Of a DNA stretch of 64,000 nucleotides, positions 56,636 through 64,000 are shown in pieces. The stretch comes from Candidatus Enterousia sp. (GTDB taxonomy: Bacteria; Pseudomonadota; Alphaproteobacteria; Rs-D84): the NCBI GenBank assembly GCA_045637165.1, contig JAZTYU010000008.1, forward strand, positions 12,524 to 76,523. The letters run 5' to 3'. How positions within the stretch are numbered: the first letter of the stretch is position 1; each line of letters starts with the position of its first letter. Below the pieces are notes generated by a model that saw only the letters and a program-made list of their open reading frames with translations, ran no database searches and was not told the origin of the DNA. Both the position numbers and the translations under genes were made by a program.

Positions 56636-58885
56636 ATGGCAGTGAAATTCAACATTTTATCCGCATCTGGCAAGGGCAAAGGTTTAAATATCTTTCGCTC
56701 GTCCGCCTACAAAGAATTCGACCAAAACGGTGTTGCCCGTGAATTTTGGTCTATTCGTTGGGCAATTATTACATGGTTGATTGCTGCGGTTATGGTTGCT
56801 GCGGCATTTCCTGTTGAACATATATGGCGATACGGTTGGTCGCCAGCTAGCCAGGATTGGTTGCGTTTGTATTTGCAGAATTTAGTTTTCTCGGGCGGTA
56901 TTTCTGTTTTATCTGAAATACCGTCGTGGATATGGCGTTGTATAATGCGTCCTGATTTTCCATGCATAACCCCAATATTACCAATAATTGGCTATTACTT
57001 TTTATCAGACGGCACAATGGCGGACGAATTTAACCCACATAGCAAGGATAAATTCGACGAAAAAACCTCACGCAAGGCAACCGCAGACGATATTAAAAAG
57101 ATGGCTCAGGACCATAAAAACAAAGAAGGCTTGTTCAAGGGCTTTATGATGGTGTTGGGCTATTTCAAAGAAAAACCATTGATGTTTGATGAATGTTTAT
57201 CAACATTGTGTGTTGCCCCCCCCGGGACTGGTAAAACAGCAGGTGTTGTTGTTCCGACGATTTTAGAATGTGACAAGGTGTCAATGATTATCAATGACCC
57301 AAAACCCGAATTGAAACAAAAAACGTCTGCGTATCGTGCGTCGATTGGGCCGGTGTTTATTATGAACTGGGCGGGTCAGGACGACCCATCACGTGGAATT
57401 TATTACCCGTCGTGGAATCCATTATCCCCAGGTCATGTCCCTTTTAATACCGAAGAGCGTGATTTATACGTTGATTCCATTGCGAATACATTGATTCCTG
57501 ACCGTTCATCGTCGTCTGCGGACCCACACTGGACAATCACGGGTCGTGCCGCCTTGACAGGATTTATTCAATATATTATTTCCAAGGTTGAACGTGCCAA
57601 GGCTGATGATTATTTCTTTGCACGCATATCAAATGGCACTTTTAATGCCGAAGATGCGGCTGTTCTGGGTGATTATTATTTGTCTATGTCGTCTGACCCA
57701 AATGCCTATGCGGCATATGCTTTGTTGCAGCGTGGCGAATTAAACGCAATGAATTATGTTCACGTTGGGACATGGGAAAATATCCCCGATGCCTGGCACG
57801 GGCGTGAGGCATCATTATCAATGATTCTGGATTGGTTAAACGCATCACAAATTGCCATTGCCGAAGATATCGAAAATCGTCGTCGTCAGGGCGACCAAAT
57901 GGTAATGATGGCAGACCCAACCAAAGATATGTTTATGAAGGCTGTGGACGAAGCCCGTCGTTATGCGTATTCACACCGTGCAATTCAAGAATTGACGCAA
58001 CTTGCCAGCACTCCGGACAAGGAACGTGGCTCTATTATGTCAACTGCATTGTCGGGGTTAAATATATTCCGCAATGCAGCTGTTCGCAATCGTACCAGCC
58101 ACTCTGATTTTCATTTTTCGGACCTGCGTGGAATGTTGGACCCACGTGATGGCAAGGTTAAACCAGTAACGGTTTATCTGTCAATCAATATGGTTGATGC
58201 CCAGGCATTAAATCCAATAACGGCAATCTTTATCGAATTGATGTCTAATTTCCTGCTGGCGAACAAACCCGAAGAAATAAGAAATGGGGAAAAGCTAGGG
58301 CCTTGTCCTGTTTTATTTGTAATGGATGAAATGCCAAAAATGCAAAAGTTGCAGGCGGTTATTCAGGGGCCCGATTTAGGGCGTGGTCAGTCAATTTCAT
58401 ATTTGATTATCGGCCAGGACTTGCACCAGATTGCTGAAAAATATGGTCAGGACGCCGCAGCGACCATTATATCAACAACCGCTGCAAAGATTGTTATGCG
58501 TCAAAACGACCCAGACACAGCAAGGCGTTTTTCAGAAATGATGGGTTATAAGATGAAAAAGAAAACCGTCAAGGGTCCTGACGGCAAAGACAAAGAAGAA
58601 ACGTCCCAAGAATTATTGTTTACAGAAATGGACATTATGAAGCTGCCTGATGCAAAGCAACTTGTAATTGTTCAGGGGCATTATAATAGACCGATAGAGG
58701 CTGATCAGGAACGTTATTTTATTGATAAAAATGCAGTGCAAAAAAAACTGTATGCCAAGGTTCAAATGGGTGAATGTGCACCATTGCCTGAATTTTTGGT
58801 GCCATCACATCATCGTGCGCTGGGTTATTCTGGAACACCACGAATATACGACCCACAGACTAAAAAAATCAAAGAGTTGGCATAA
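56636..58885 (+). CDS. virD4: Type IV coupling protein VirD4/TraG family (stand-alone)
   Basis: 749 aa with N-terminal TM segments, Walker A PPGTGKTAGVVVP and Walker B-like VLFVMDEMP. Confidence 0.85.
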   Translation: MAVKFNILSASGKGKGLNIFRSSAYKEFDQNGVAREFWSIRWAIITWLIAAVMVAAAFPVEHIWRYGWSPASQDWLRLYLQNLVFSGGISVLSEIPSWIWRCIMRPDFPCITPILPIIGYYFLSDGTMADEFNPHSKDKFDEKTSRKATADDIKKMAQDHKNKEGLFKGFMMVLGYFKEKPLMFDECLSTLCVAPPGTGKTAGVVVPTILECDKVSMIINDPKPELKQKTSAYRASIGPVFIMNWAGQDDPSRGIYYPSWNPLSPGHVPFNTEERDLYVDSIANTLIPDRSSSSADPHWTITGRAALTGFIQYIISKVERAKADDYFFARISNGTFNAEDAAVLGDYYLSMSSDPNAYAAYALLQRGELNAMNYVHVGTWENIPDAWHGREASLSMILDWLNASQIAIAEDIENRRRQGDQMVMMADPTKDMFMKAVDEARRYAYSHRAIQELTQLASTPDKERGSIMSTALSGLNIFRNAAVRNRTSHSDFHFSDLRGMLDPRDGKVKPVTVYLSINMVDAQALNPITAIFIELMSNFLLANKPEEIRNGEKLGPCPVLFVMDEMPKMQKLQAVIQGPDLGRGQSISYLIIGQDLHQIAEKYGQDAAATIISTTAAKIVMRQNDPDTARRFSEMMGYKMKKKTVKGPDGKDKEETSQELLFTEMDIMKLPDAKQLVIVQGHYNRPIEADQERYFIDKNAVQKKLYAKVQMGECAPLPEFLVPSHHRALGYSGTPRIYDPQTKKIKELA

Positions 58886-58887
58886 CA

Positions 58888-58912
58888 AAAAATCCCCAAA
58901 TTGGGGATTTTT
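58888..58912. terminator. Bidirectional terminator between virD4 and sspB
   Basis: AAAATCCCC-AAATT-GGGGATTTT. Confidence 0.65.
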
Positions 58913-59379
58913 TACTGTTTTCTGTTTTTTCTAAATTCGTCCAGTGAAACAACCCGTCCTGGGTCTGGAACAGAACCTGGTTTTTCTTCCAGTGGTAATT
59001 CCATATCGTTATCTGCGGCGGCGGTCTGTTTTCTTGGTTGAAATGACAGCATAAAATCCACAGACGGGTCTTTGAATTCGACCAGTGCTGAAAAAGGCAC
59101 CCGAATAAAGAATGGTCGTCCATCAAACGTCAACTGAACGCCAAATTCTTTGTCAGACACATTTAAATTATTATATGAATATTGCAAGACAATTGTCATA
59201 ACGTCAGGATATCGAATACGTAAAAAGTCTGGCACCACAACACCTGCATCACGTGTTTTGAACGTAATAAAGAAATGTGTTCCATCGCCTAAGCCATTAA
59301 ATTGTGCGTGAATCAATGCGTCTTTTACCACAGACTTTAACGCATTGTCTAATAAAGTTTGATAATCAATTTTTGCCAT
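58912..59379 (-). CDS. sspB: ClpXP adaptor SspB (alphaproteobacterial type)
   Basis: ...HFFITFKTRDAGVVVPDFLRIRYPDVMTIVLQYSYNNLNVSDKEFGVQLTFDGRPFFIRVPFSALVEFKDPSVDFMLSF closely follows the pattern I recall for Caulobacter-type SspB. Confidence 0.75.
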   Translation of the reverse strand: MAKIDYQTLLDNALKSVVKDALIHAQFNGLGDGTHFFITFKTRDAGVVVPDFLRIRYPDVMTIVLQYSYNNLNVSDKEFGVQLTFDGRPFFIRVPFSALVEFKDPSVDFMLSFQPRKQTAAADNDMELPLEEKPGSVPDPGRVVSLDEFRKNRKQ

Positions 59380-60466
59380 CTTCTTTTTTCTCCGGACATA
59401 CTATATTACTAATTTCCCCACTCTGGCAAGCAACAAATACAGCATCTGGCACGTCGCTAAATATTTCACTATCCAGACCTGTTGCCCAAACCTGGGCATC
59501 TGCCGCCCCCAGTTCTTTGAACATTCGTTTTCGTGCATTTTTGTCCAGATGTGCCGCCGCTTCGTCCAGTAAAATCAGTGGACACTTTCCAGTTTTTGTT
59601 CGAATCAATTTTGCATGTGCCAAGATTAAATCGATTAAGACCGTTTTTTGTTGACCTGTGCTGGTCAGGTGTGCTGGCAACCCTAGTTCTTGGTTAAATA
59701 CGCCAAAGTCTGATTTATGTGGTCCGTCCAGAACCATTTTATCACCAATCAATGTCCGATTGTTTTTCAAGTATTCGTTGTATTGTCGTTCTGCGTCTGC
59801 CACAGAAACACCATCAATCAGCATTTTTTCAATCATTCCAGACACAGAAACCGCACATCGTTCCAGGAAATAATTTATTTCCCCGGCATATTGAATACGT
59901 GCAACAGCCACTGCAACGGCACTGCCGGCAATTTGAATATCCAGTGCGTCCAACCAATGTGAATTTGCACCTGTTTTAAGTGCAACAGCACGTTCACTAA
60001 AAAGTTTGCTCAGTTTTGCTACACGTCCCGCATGTGAAGCATCAAAACTGGCGGCCAGTCTGTCAAAGAACGCCCGTCTGTCTGCTGCACTATCGACAAA
60101 CAATCTGTCTTCTTTTGGGGAAATCCAAACAATGCGTAAATATTTTGCTAAATCAGTAAGTGTTGCATTTTCGCCATCTATTTTTGCACGTCGATTGGCG
60201 TCGCCCCCGACAAAGTTCACAGCGACCTGGGTTTCGTCGTCCAGTTCTGCAAAAACACTAAAACTGCCATTTCCGCCAAATCGTGCAACGTCGCTCATTG
60301 CTGCACCACGCATACCACGGTCGCCACCCAGCATAGAAACAGCTTCCAGCACAGCGGTTTTTCCAGCCCCGTTTGGGCCTGTGATAATAACATTTCTGTG
60401 ACCGAATGTTGTAATTCTGCACATTGTGTGATTTCTAAAATCGGTCAAACTAATAGAATTTATCAT
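59366..60466 (-). CDS. recF: DNA replication and repair protein RecF
   Basis: Start at the internal ATG (MINSISLTDFRNH...). Walker A GPNGAGKT and a C-terminal LLLDE-type motif (ILLDEAAAHLD). Confidence 0.85.
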   Translation of the reverse strand: MINSISLTDFRNHTMCRITTFGHRNVIITGPNGAGKTAVLEAVSMLGGDRGMRGAAMSDVARFGGNGSFSVFAELDDETQVAVNFVGGDANRRAKIDGENATLTDLAKYLRIVWISPKEDRLFVDSAADRRAFFDRLAASFDASHAGRVAKLSKLFSERAVALKTGANSHWLDALDIQIAGSAVAVAVARIQYAGEINYFLERCAVSVSGMIEKMLIDGVSVADAERQYNEYLKNNRTLIGDKMVLDGPHKSDFGVFNQELGLPAHLTSTGQQKTVLIDLILAHAKLIRTKTGKCPLILLDEAAAHLDKNARKRMFKELGAADAQVWATGLDSEIFSDVPDAVFVACQSGEISNIVCPEKKEDGKN

Positions 60467-60489
60467 ACGGCGATAATACAAAATAAAAG

Positions 60490-60511
60490 AAACACCCGCA
60501 AGGGTGTTTTT
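60490..60511 (-). terminator. Hairpin between tRNA-Cys and recF
   Basis: ACACCC-GCAA-GGGTGT with T/A-rich flanks on both sides. Confidence 0.45.
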
Positions 60512-60526
60512 AGTTCTTTTTTTTAG

Positions 60527-60600
60527 TGGAGGCCTGGGTCGGAATCGAACCGGCATCCAAGGATTTGCAGTCCTCTGCATAACCACTCTGCCACCAGGCC
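60527..60600 (-). tRNA. tRNA-Cys (anticodon GCA), CCA encoded
   Basis: The reverse complement is GGCCTGGTGGCAGAGTGGTTATGCAGAGGACTGCAAATCCTTGGATGCCGGTTCGATTCCGACCCAGGCCTCCA, with a 7-bp acceptor stem and anticodon loop CTGCAAA. There is one C-A mismatch in the T stem. Confidence 0.8.
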
Positions 60601-60700
60601 TGAACTTTTTTGTGCAGGGCTATAATACGCAAAAATAAATTGTAATTCAACATAAAAATTGTATAATTAGAAAAGAAATTTGATAGAGAGAGAATTTTTT

Positions 60701-62041
60701 ATGAAAAAACTGTCAGTTATCCTTGCTTGTGCTTTGCCGTTTTCGGCATTTGCATCTGTTGATGATTGTGTATCACGCACAACTGTCCCGTCTGGAAAGT
60801 TAAATTTACCCCAGGTTATTGAACTGGGGTTGTGTCGAAATCCACAAACAGCATCGTCTTATCTGGCGTATGAATCGGCACGATTTGCAAAGAATGCCGG
60901 CTATGCTGATTATTTGCCGTCGGTTAGTGCGTCCGCCAATGCGTCCTTGCCATATCGTAATGAACAGTGGGGTGATTGGTCGTATGGTGCATCGCTTTCT
61001 GCCTCTTATTTGATATTTGATTTTGGTAAACGCTTATCTGATTTGAATCAGTCTATTTTATCATGGCGTGCGGCTGGTTTTGACTATGACGAATCTGTTC
61101 AAAATTATGTTTATGGTCTGATTGGTTCTTATTATGCGTTGTTAAATGCAGATGCTGATGTTCGTTCTGCCGAAATGCTACGCACTGTTGCCAAGACTGC
61201 CCAGGACACAGCGAAAAAGAAATTTCAGGCAGGTTCTGTGGCCAAGGCTGATGTGTTAAAGGCTGACACAACCCTGGCCAGTCGTGATTTAGACCTGGAA
61301 CGTGCAAAAAACAATCGTAAAATTGCCCAGGGTAATTTGCTGGCAAAATTGTCTTTTTCGGCAGACCAAGAGATAGAGATTGCTGATCTGCCGTCAAATT
61401 TTGGCACACCCCAGGAAACAAAAACGCTGGACGAATTATTTGCCCAGGCACAAAAGACACGACCTGACTTGTTGCGTGCCACTGCAAACAAAGATGCGGC
61501 CTGGCACCGTCGCAACAGTGTGTTTTTAAGTAATCTGCCATCAATTTCCGCATCTGGTTCAATTTCATGGAACGATACCCCGTCTGAAACGTATGGGGCC
61601 GGCACTGACAAGATTAGCGGCAGTATTGGAATCCGTGCGTCAATGCCGTTGTTTGCAGGTTTTGCAAATTTATACAACGCCCGTTCTGCCCAGGCAAATT
61701 ATGAACGTGCAATGGAACAGGAACGCCAAACCCAGGACAATGCAACGCTGGACATCTTTACCGCATATCACAATTATAAAACTGCCCAGACTGTTTTACA
61801 GCAAACAGAAACATTGTTAAAGTCCGCAACTGAATCAGAACGTGTGACAGCGGGGATGTATCGGGTTGGACGTGCAACAATGTTGGATTGGCAAACTGCA
61901 CAATCTGAACTTGTAAATGCGGAAAAGCAAAATAATGCCGCTAAATATGACTTGTTTACAAAGCGTGCTGCGGTTGCATTGGCAGTTGGCGAAATTAAAA
62001 CAGAACTAGAAGGAAGCACAGATGAAAAAGCAAATGACTAA
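60701..62041 (+). CDS. tolC: TolC-family outer-membrane efflux protein
   Basis: Start at the internal ATG (MKKLSVILACALPFSAFA signal peptide). Two OEP repeats. Confidence 0.8.
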   Translation: MKKLSVILACALPFSAFASVDDCVSRTTVPSGKLNLPQVIELGLCRNPQTASSYLAYESARFAKNAGYADYLPSVSASANASLPYRNEQWGDWSYGASLSASYLIFDFGKRLSDLNQSILSWRAAGFDYDESVQNYVYGLIGSYYALLNADADVRSAEMLRTVAKTAQDTAKKKFQAGSVAKADVLKADTTLASRDLDLERAKNNRKIAQGNLLAKLSFSADQEIEIADLPSNFGTPQETKTLDELFAQAQKTRPDLLRATANKDAAWHRRNSVFLSNLPSISASGSISWNDTPSETYGAGTDKISGSIGIRASMPLFAGFANLYNARSAQANYERAMEQERQTQDNATLDIFTAYHNYKTAQTVLQQTETLLKSATESERVTAGMYRVGRATMLDWQTAQSELVNAEKQNNAAKYDLFTKRAAVALAVGEIKTELEGSTDEKAND

Positions 62042-63236
62042 TACCATTCCTGAAACTAAACGTCCATCGATTCTTCGCAGAATCTGGTCGTATATTTGGC
62101 GTAAAAAGTGGTGGATATTATTATTGGTTTGTATCGTTGCTGGTGGTTGGTTGATATTTGGTCCAAAAACAGACAAGCCTGGCGAATTTATCACGGTAAA
62201 CATTACTCGTGGCGACCTGCGTCAGGTTGTAACAGCGACTGGTGAAATTCGTCCTGTAAATACTGTAAATGTTGGTTCCCAGGTGTCTGGCACAATTGAC
62301 AACCTGTATGTAGATTTTAATTCCAAGGTAAAAAAGGGCGATATTTTATTGACGATTGAACCATCTGTTTTGCAGGCAACCGTTGACGAAGCCAAGGCGT
62401 CTTTGGACAGCACTGTTTCCCAGCGTAATTTTGCAAAAAGTGAATATGAACGTGATAAAATGTTGTATAACGAAGGCTTTATTTCACGTGCAGAAATGGA
62501 ACAAAAACAAACCCAGTACGAGCAAGCAGAACAGTCTGTAAAGCGGGCCCAGTCCACATATGACCGTGCTGTAACAAATTTGGGGTATGCAACGATTTTG
62601 TCGCCGGTTGATGGGACTGTAATTTCACGCAAGGTGGACGTTGGACAAACGGTTGCGGCATCGTTCCAGACACCTGACTTGTTTGAAATTGCCGAAGATT
62701 TAACAAAAATGCAAATTGAAACAGCTGTATCAGAAGCGGACATCGGTGTCATCACAGATGGTCAGCCTGTGACCTTTACAGTTGATGCATATCCAACCGA
62801 AACATTTGACGGTGTTGTTCGTCAGGTGCGTTTATCACCAACAACGACATCGAACGTTGTTGTTTATACGGTTGTAATCGACGTTGATAATTCAGACCTG
62901 CGTCTGATGCCAGGGATGACAGCATTTGTAACAATTATAATCTCTGAACGTGATAATGTATGGCGTGCTGCAAATTCTGCATTTTTAATCCGCAGCTTTG
63001 ACAGATTTTTGTCGCCCGATGAAATTGGTGGTGCAACGCCTGCATCACACCTGGCGATTTTACGTGATGGTGATGTTGTCTTTGTTCCATATACCAAGGG
63101 GCTGACTACTGCGACCGAAACAGAAATCGTTTCAGATGAAATAAAAATGGGTGATAAAATCATTACGGGGCGCATGGGGATGACATCAACGAACAAACCC
63201 CAAGGAATGTCGCCTATGCGTGGTCCACGAATGTAA
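62022..63236 (+). CDS. macA: HlyD/MacA-family periplasmic adaptor (membrane fusion protein)
   Basis: N-terminal TM segment, lipoyl-like and coiled-coil hairpin regions (VTATGEIRPVNTVNVGSQVSGTI...), beta-barrel domain. Overlaps the tolC end by 20 nt. Confidence 0.8.
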   Translation: MKKQMTNTIPETKRPSILRRIWSYIWRKKWWILLLVCIVAGGWLIFGPKTDKPGEFITVNITRGDLRQVVTATGEIRPVNTVNVGSQVSGTIDNLYVDFNSKVKKGDILLTIEPSVLQATVDEAKASLDSTVSQRNFAKSEYERDKMLYNEGFISRAEMEQKQTQYEQAEQSVKRAQSTYDRAVTNLGYATILSPVDGTVISRKVDVGQTVAASFQTPDLFEIAEDLTKMQIETAVSEADIGVITDGQPVTFTVDAYPTETFDGVVRQVRLSPTTTSNVVVYTVVIDVDNSDLRLMPGMTAFVTIIISERDNVWRAANSAFLIRSFDRFLSPDEIGGATPASHLAILRDGDVVFVPYTKGLTTATETEIVSDEIKMGDKIITGRMGMTSTNKPQGMSPMRGPRM

Positions 63237-63237
63237 T

Positions 63238-63262
63238 AAACGCCCAGACGGGCGTTTTTTTA
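63238..63262 (+). terminator. Terminator after macA
   Basis: AACGCCC-AGAC-GGGCGTT followed by T6. Confidence 0.65.
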
Positions 63263-63344
63263 TAAAACGTTTTATTATCATTTGCCTTATTTAATTTTTT
63301 TATGTTATAATTACATACGAATATTCAGCCGAGAGAGAATTTAG

Positions 63345-64000
63345 TTGGCCAATAATTTTATAATAGTTAATCGTAAAAAATACGCCGTTGGTCTGTTGTG
63401 GCAGCCCATTGGGGCTGGTTTTGCTGCCCGTGCCTATGCCCGTAATTTATCCAAGAATATTGATAAAAAACTGACCTTGTTCACAGAATACCGTTCAATG
63501 GTTGGTCTGTCATCGCGTCGCAATAGTGTTCATTCTGGAATGACCAGTGCTGCCGCCGAAGTAATGGAAAGTTTTTCCGAATATACATCATTTCTTGCGG
63601 TATTTAGTGCAGGTGATAAGTATTATTTGGTTGCTGTCCGTAATGGGATAATTTTATCGGACACTGTTTTTGAAAACGAACAAGATGCCCGAAACGAATA
63701 TGTAAAACTGTCTGAAATTCCTGATTGGGGTGCATTTTTTGCACCGTCGTCGTGGGGTATGCCCCGTGCCGCAGAACGCAGTTTGTCAGACCTGTTAAAT
63801 GGTCAATCACACGCAGTTTTACGCCCAATCAGTCATTTGGGGGCAGGTGTCGTATCTTTGATTTTGTTGGGTGTTTTTGCACTGGTCTTGGGAATTATTT
63901 TTCGTGATTCTATAACCCAGGCCTTTACCCCACGTCCCCAGGTTGCAGAACTGGACCCAGAATTGGTTGCTGAATACAAGCGTCAAATCGAAGAAAACAG
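63345..64000 (+). CDS. Membrane protein, 3'-truncated by the window end. The N-terminal region resembles (from memory only) PilO2-type type IVb-pilus/ICE proteins.
   Basis: Hand translation from TTG at 63345; an in-frame TAG lies immediately upstream and the RBS is GAGAGAGAA. The sequence LANNFIIVNRKKYAVGLLWQPIGAGF...YYLVAVRNGIILSD... is followed by a TM segment (GAGVVSLILLGVFALVLGIIF). The frame is open to position 64000. Not in the ORF track. Confidence 0.45.
   Translation, partial: MANNFIIVNRKKYAVGLLWQPIGAGFAARAYARNLSKNIDKKLTLFTEYRSMVGLSSRRNSVHSGMTSAAAEVMESFSEYTSFLAVFSAGDKYYLVAVRNGIILSDTVFENEQDARNEYVKLSEIPDWGAFFAPSSWGMPRAAERSLSDLLNGQSHAVLRPISHLGAGVVSLILLGVFALVLGIIFRDSITQAFTPRPQVAELDPELVAEYKRQIEEN

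Overview
This is an AT-rich bacterial chromosome segment, roughly 40% GC from hand counts of a few sampled 60-nt lines. Several features suggest an alphaproteobacterial, Rickettsiales/Holosporales-like endosymbiont: an alpha-type SspB, scattered VirB/VirD4 type IV secretion genes, split housekeeping operons and stereotyped hairpin terminators. That assignment is inference only. About 54 kb is ordinary core genome: virB3-virB4, rpmJ, ychF, dnaG-topA, rodA-mrdA-mreD-mreC, rpmI-rplT-pheS-pheT, mnmG-fabG-fabD-queH, metG, accBC, yidD-rnpA, mreB, der, a MacB-type ABC pair, gpsA, rsmG-parA-parB, xseB-mutS-truB-rpsO, skp, rsmE, virD4, sspB-recF and tolC-macA, plus tRNA-Thr(CGU), tRNA-Val(GAC) and tRNA-Cys(GCA). 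The one clear accessory region is a ~10.15-kb integrative element (25662-35863). It is bounded by perfect 47-bp direct repeats that duplicate the 5' part of tRNA-Val rather than the 3' part. It carries an HUH Rep-like gene with an adjacent palindrome and hairpin, a P4-type tyrosine integrase, an excisionase-like HTH protein, an AAA+/DUF4143-type ATPase and an XRE-like regulator. Its most interesting cargo is a translationally coupled two-gene cassette: a secreted glycine-zipper/coiled-coil protein and a 1039-aa Cys-rich, membrane-anchored protein whose C-terminal HExxH module has a different base composition. The cassette sits behind a ~170-nt terminator/antiterminator leader RNA, and a covarying paralog of that leader lies just outside the island. 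I saw no rRNA, CRISPR array or IS element. All functional calls come from motif recognition by eye; no database search was run.
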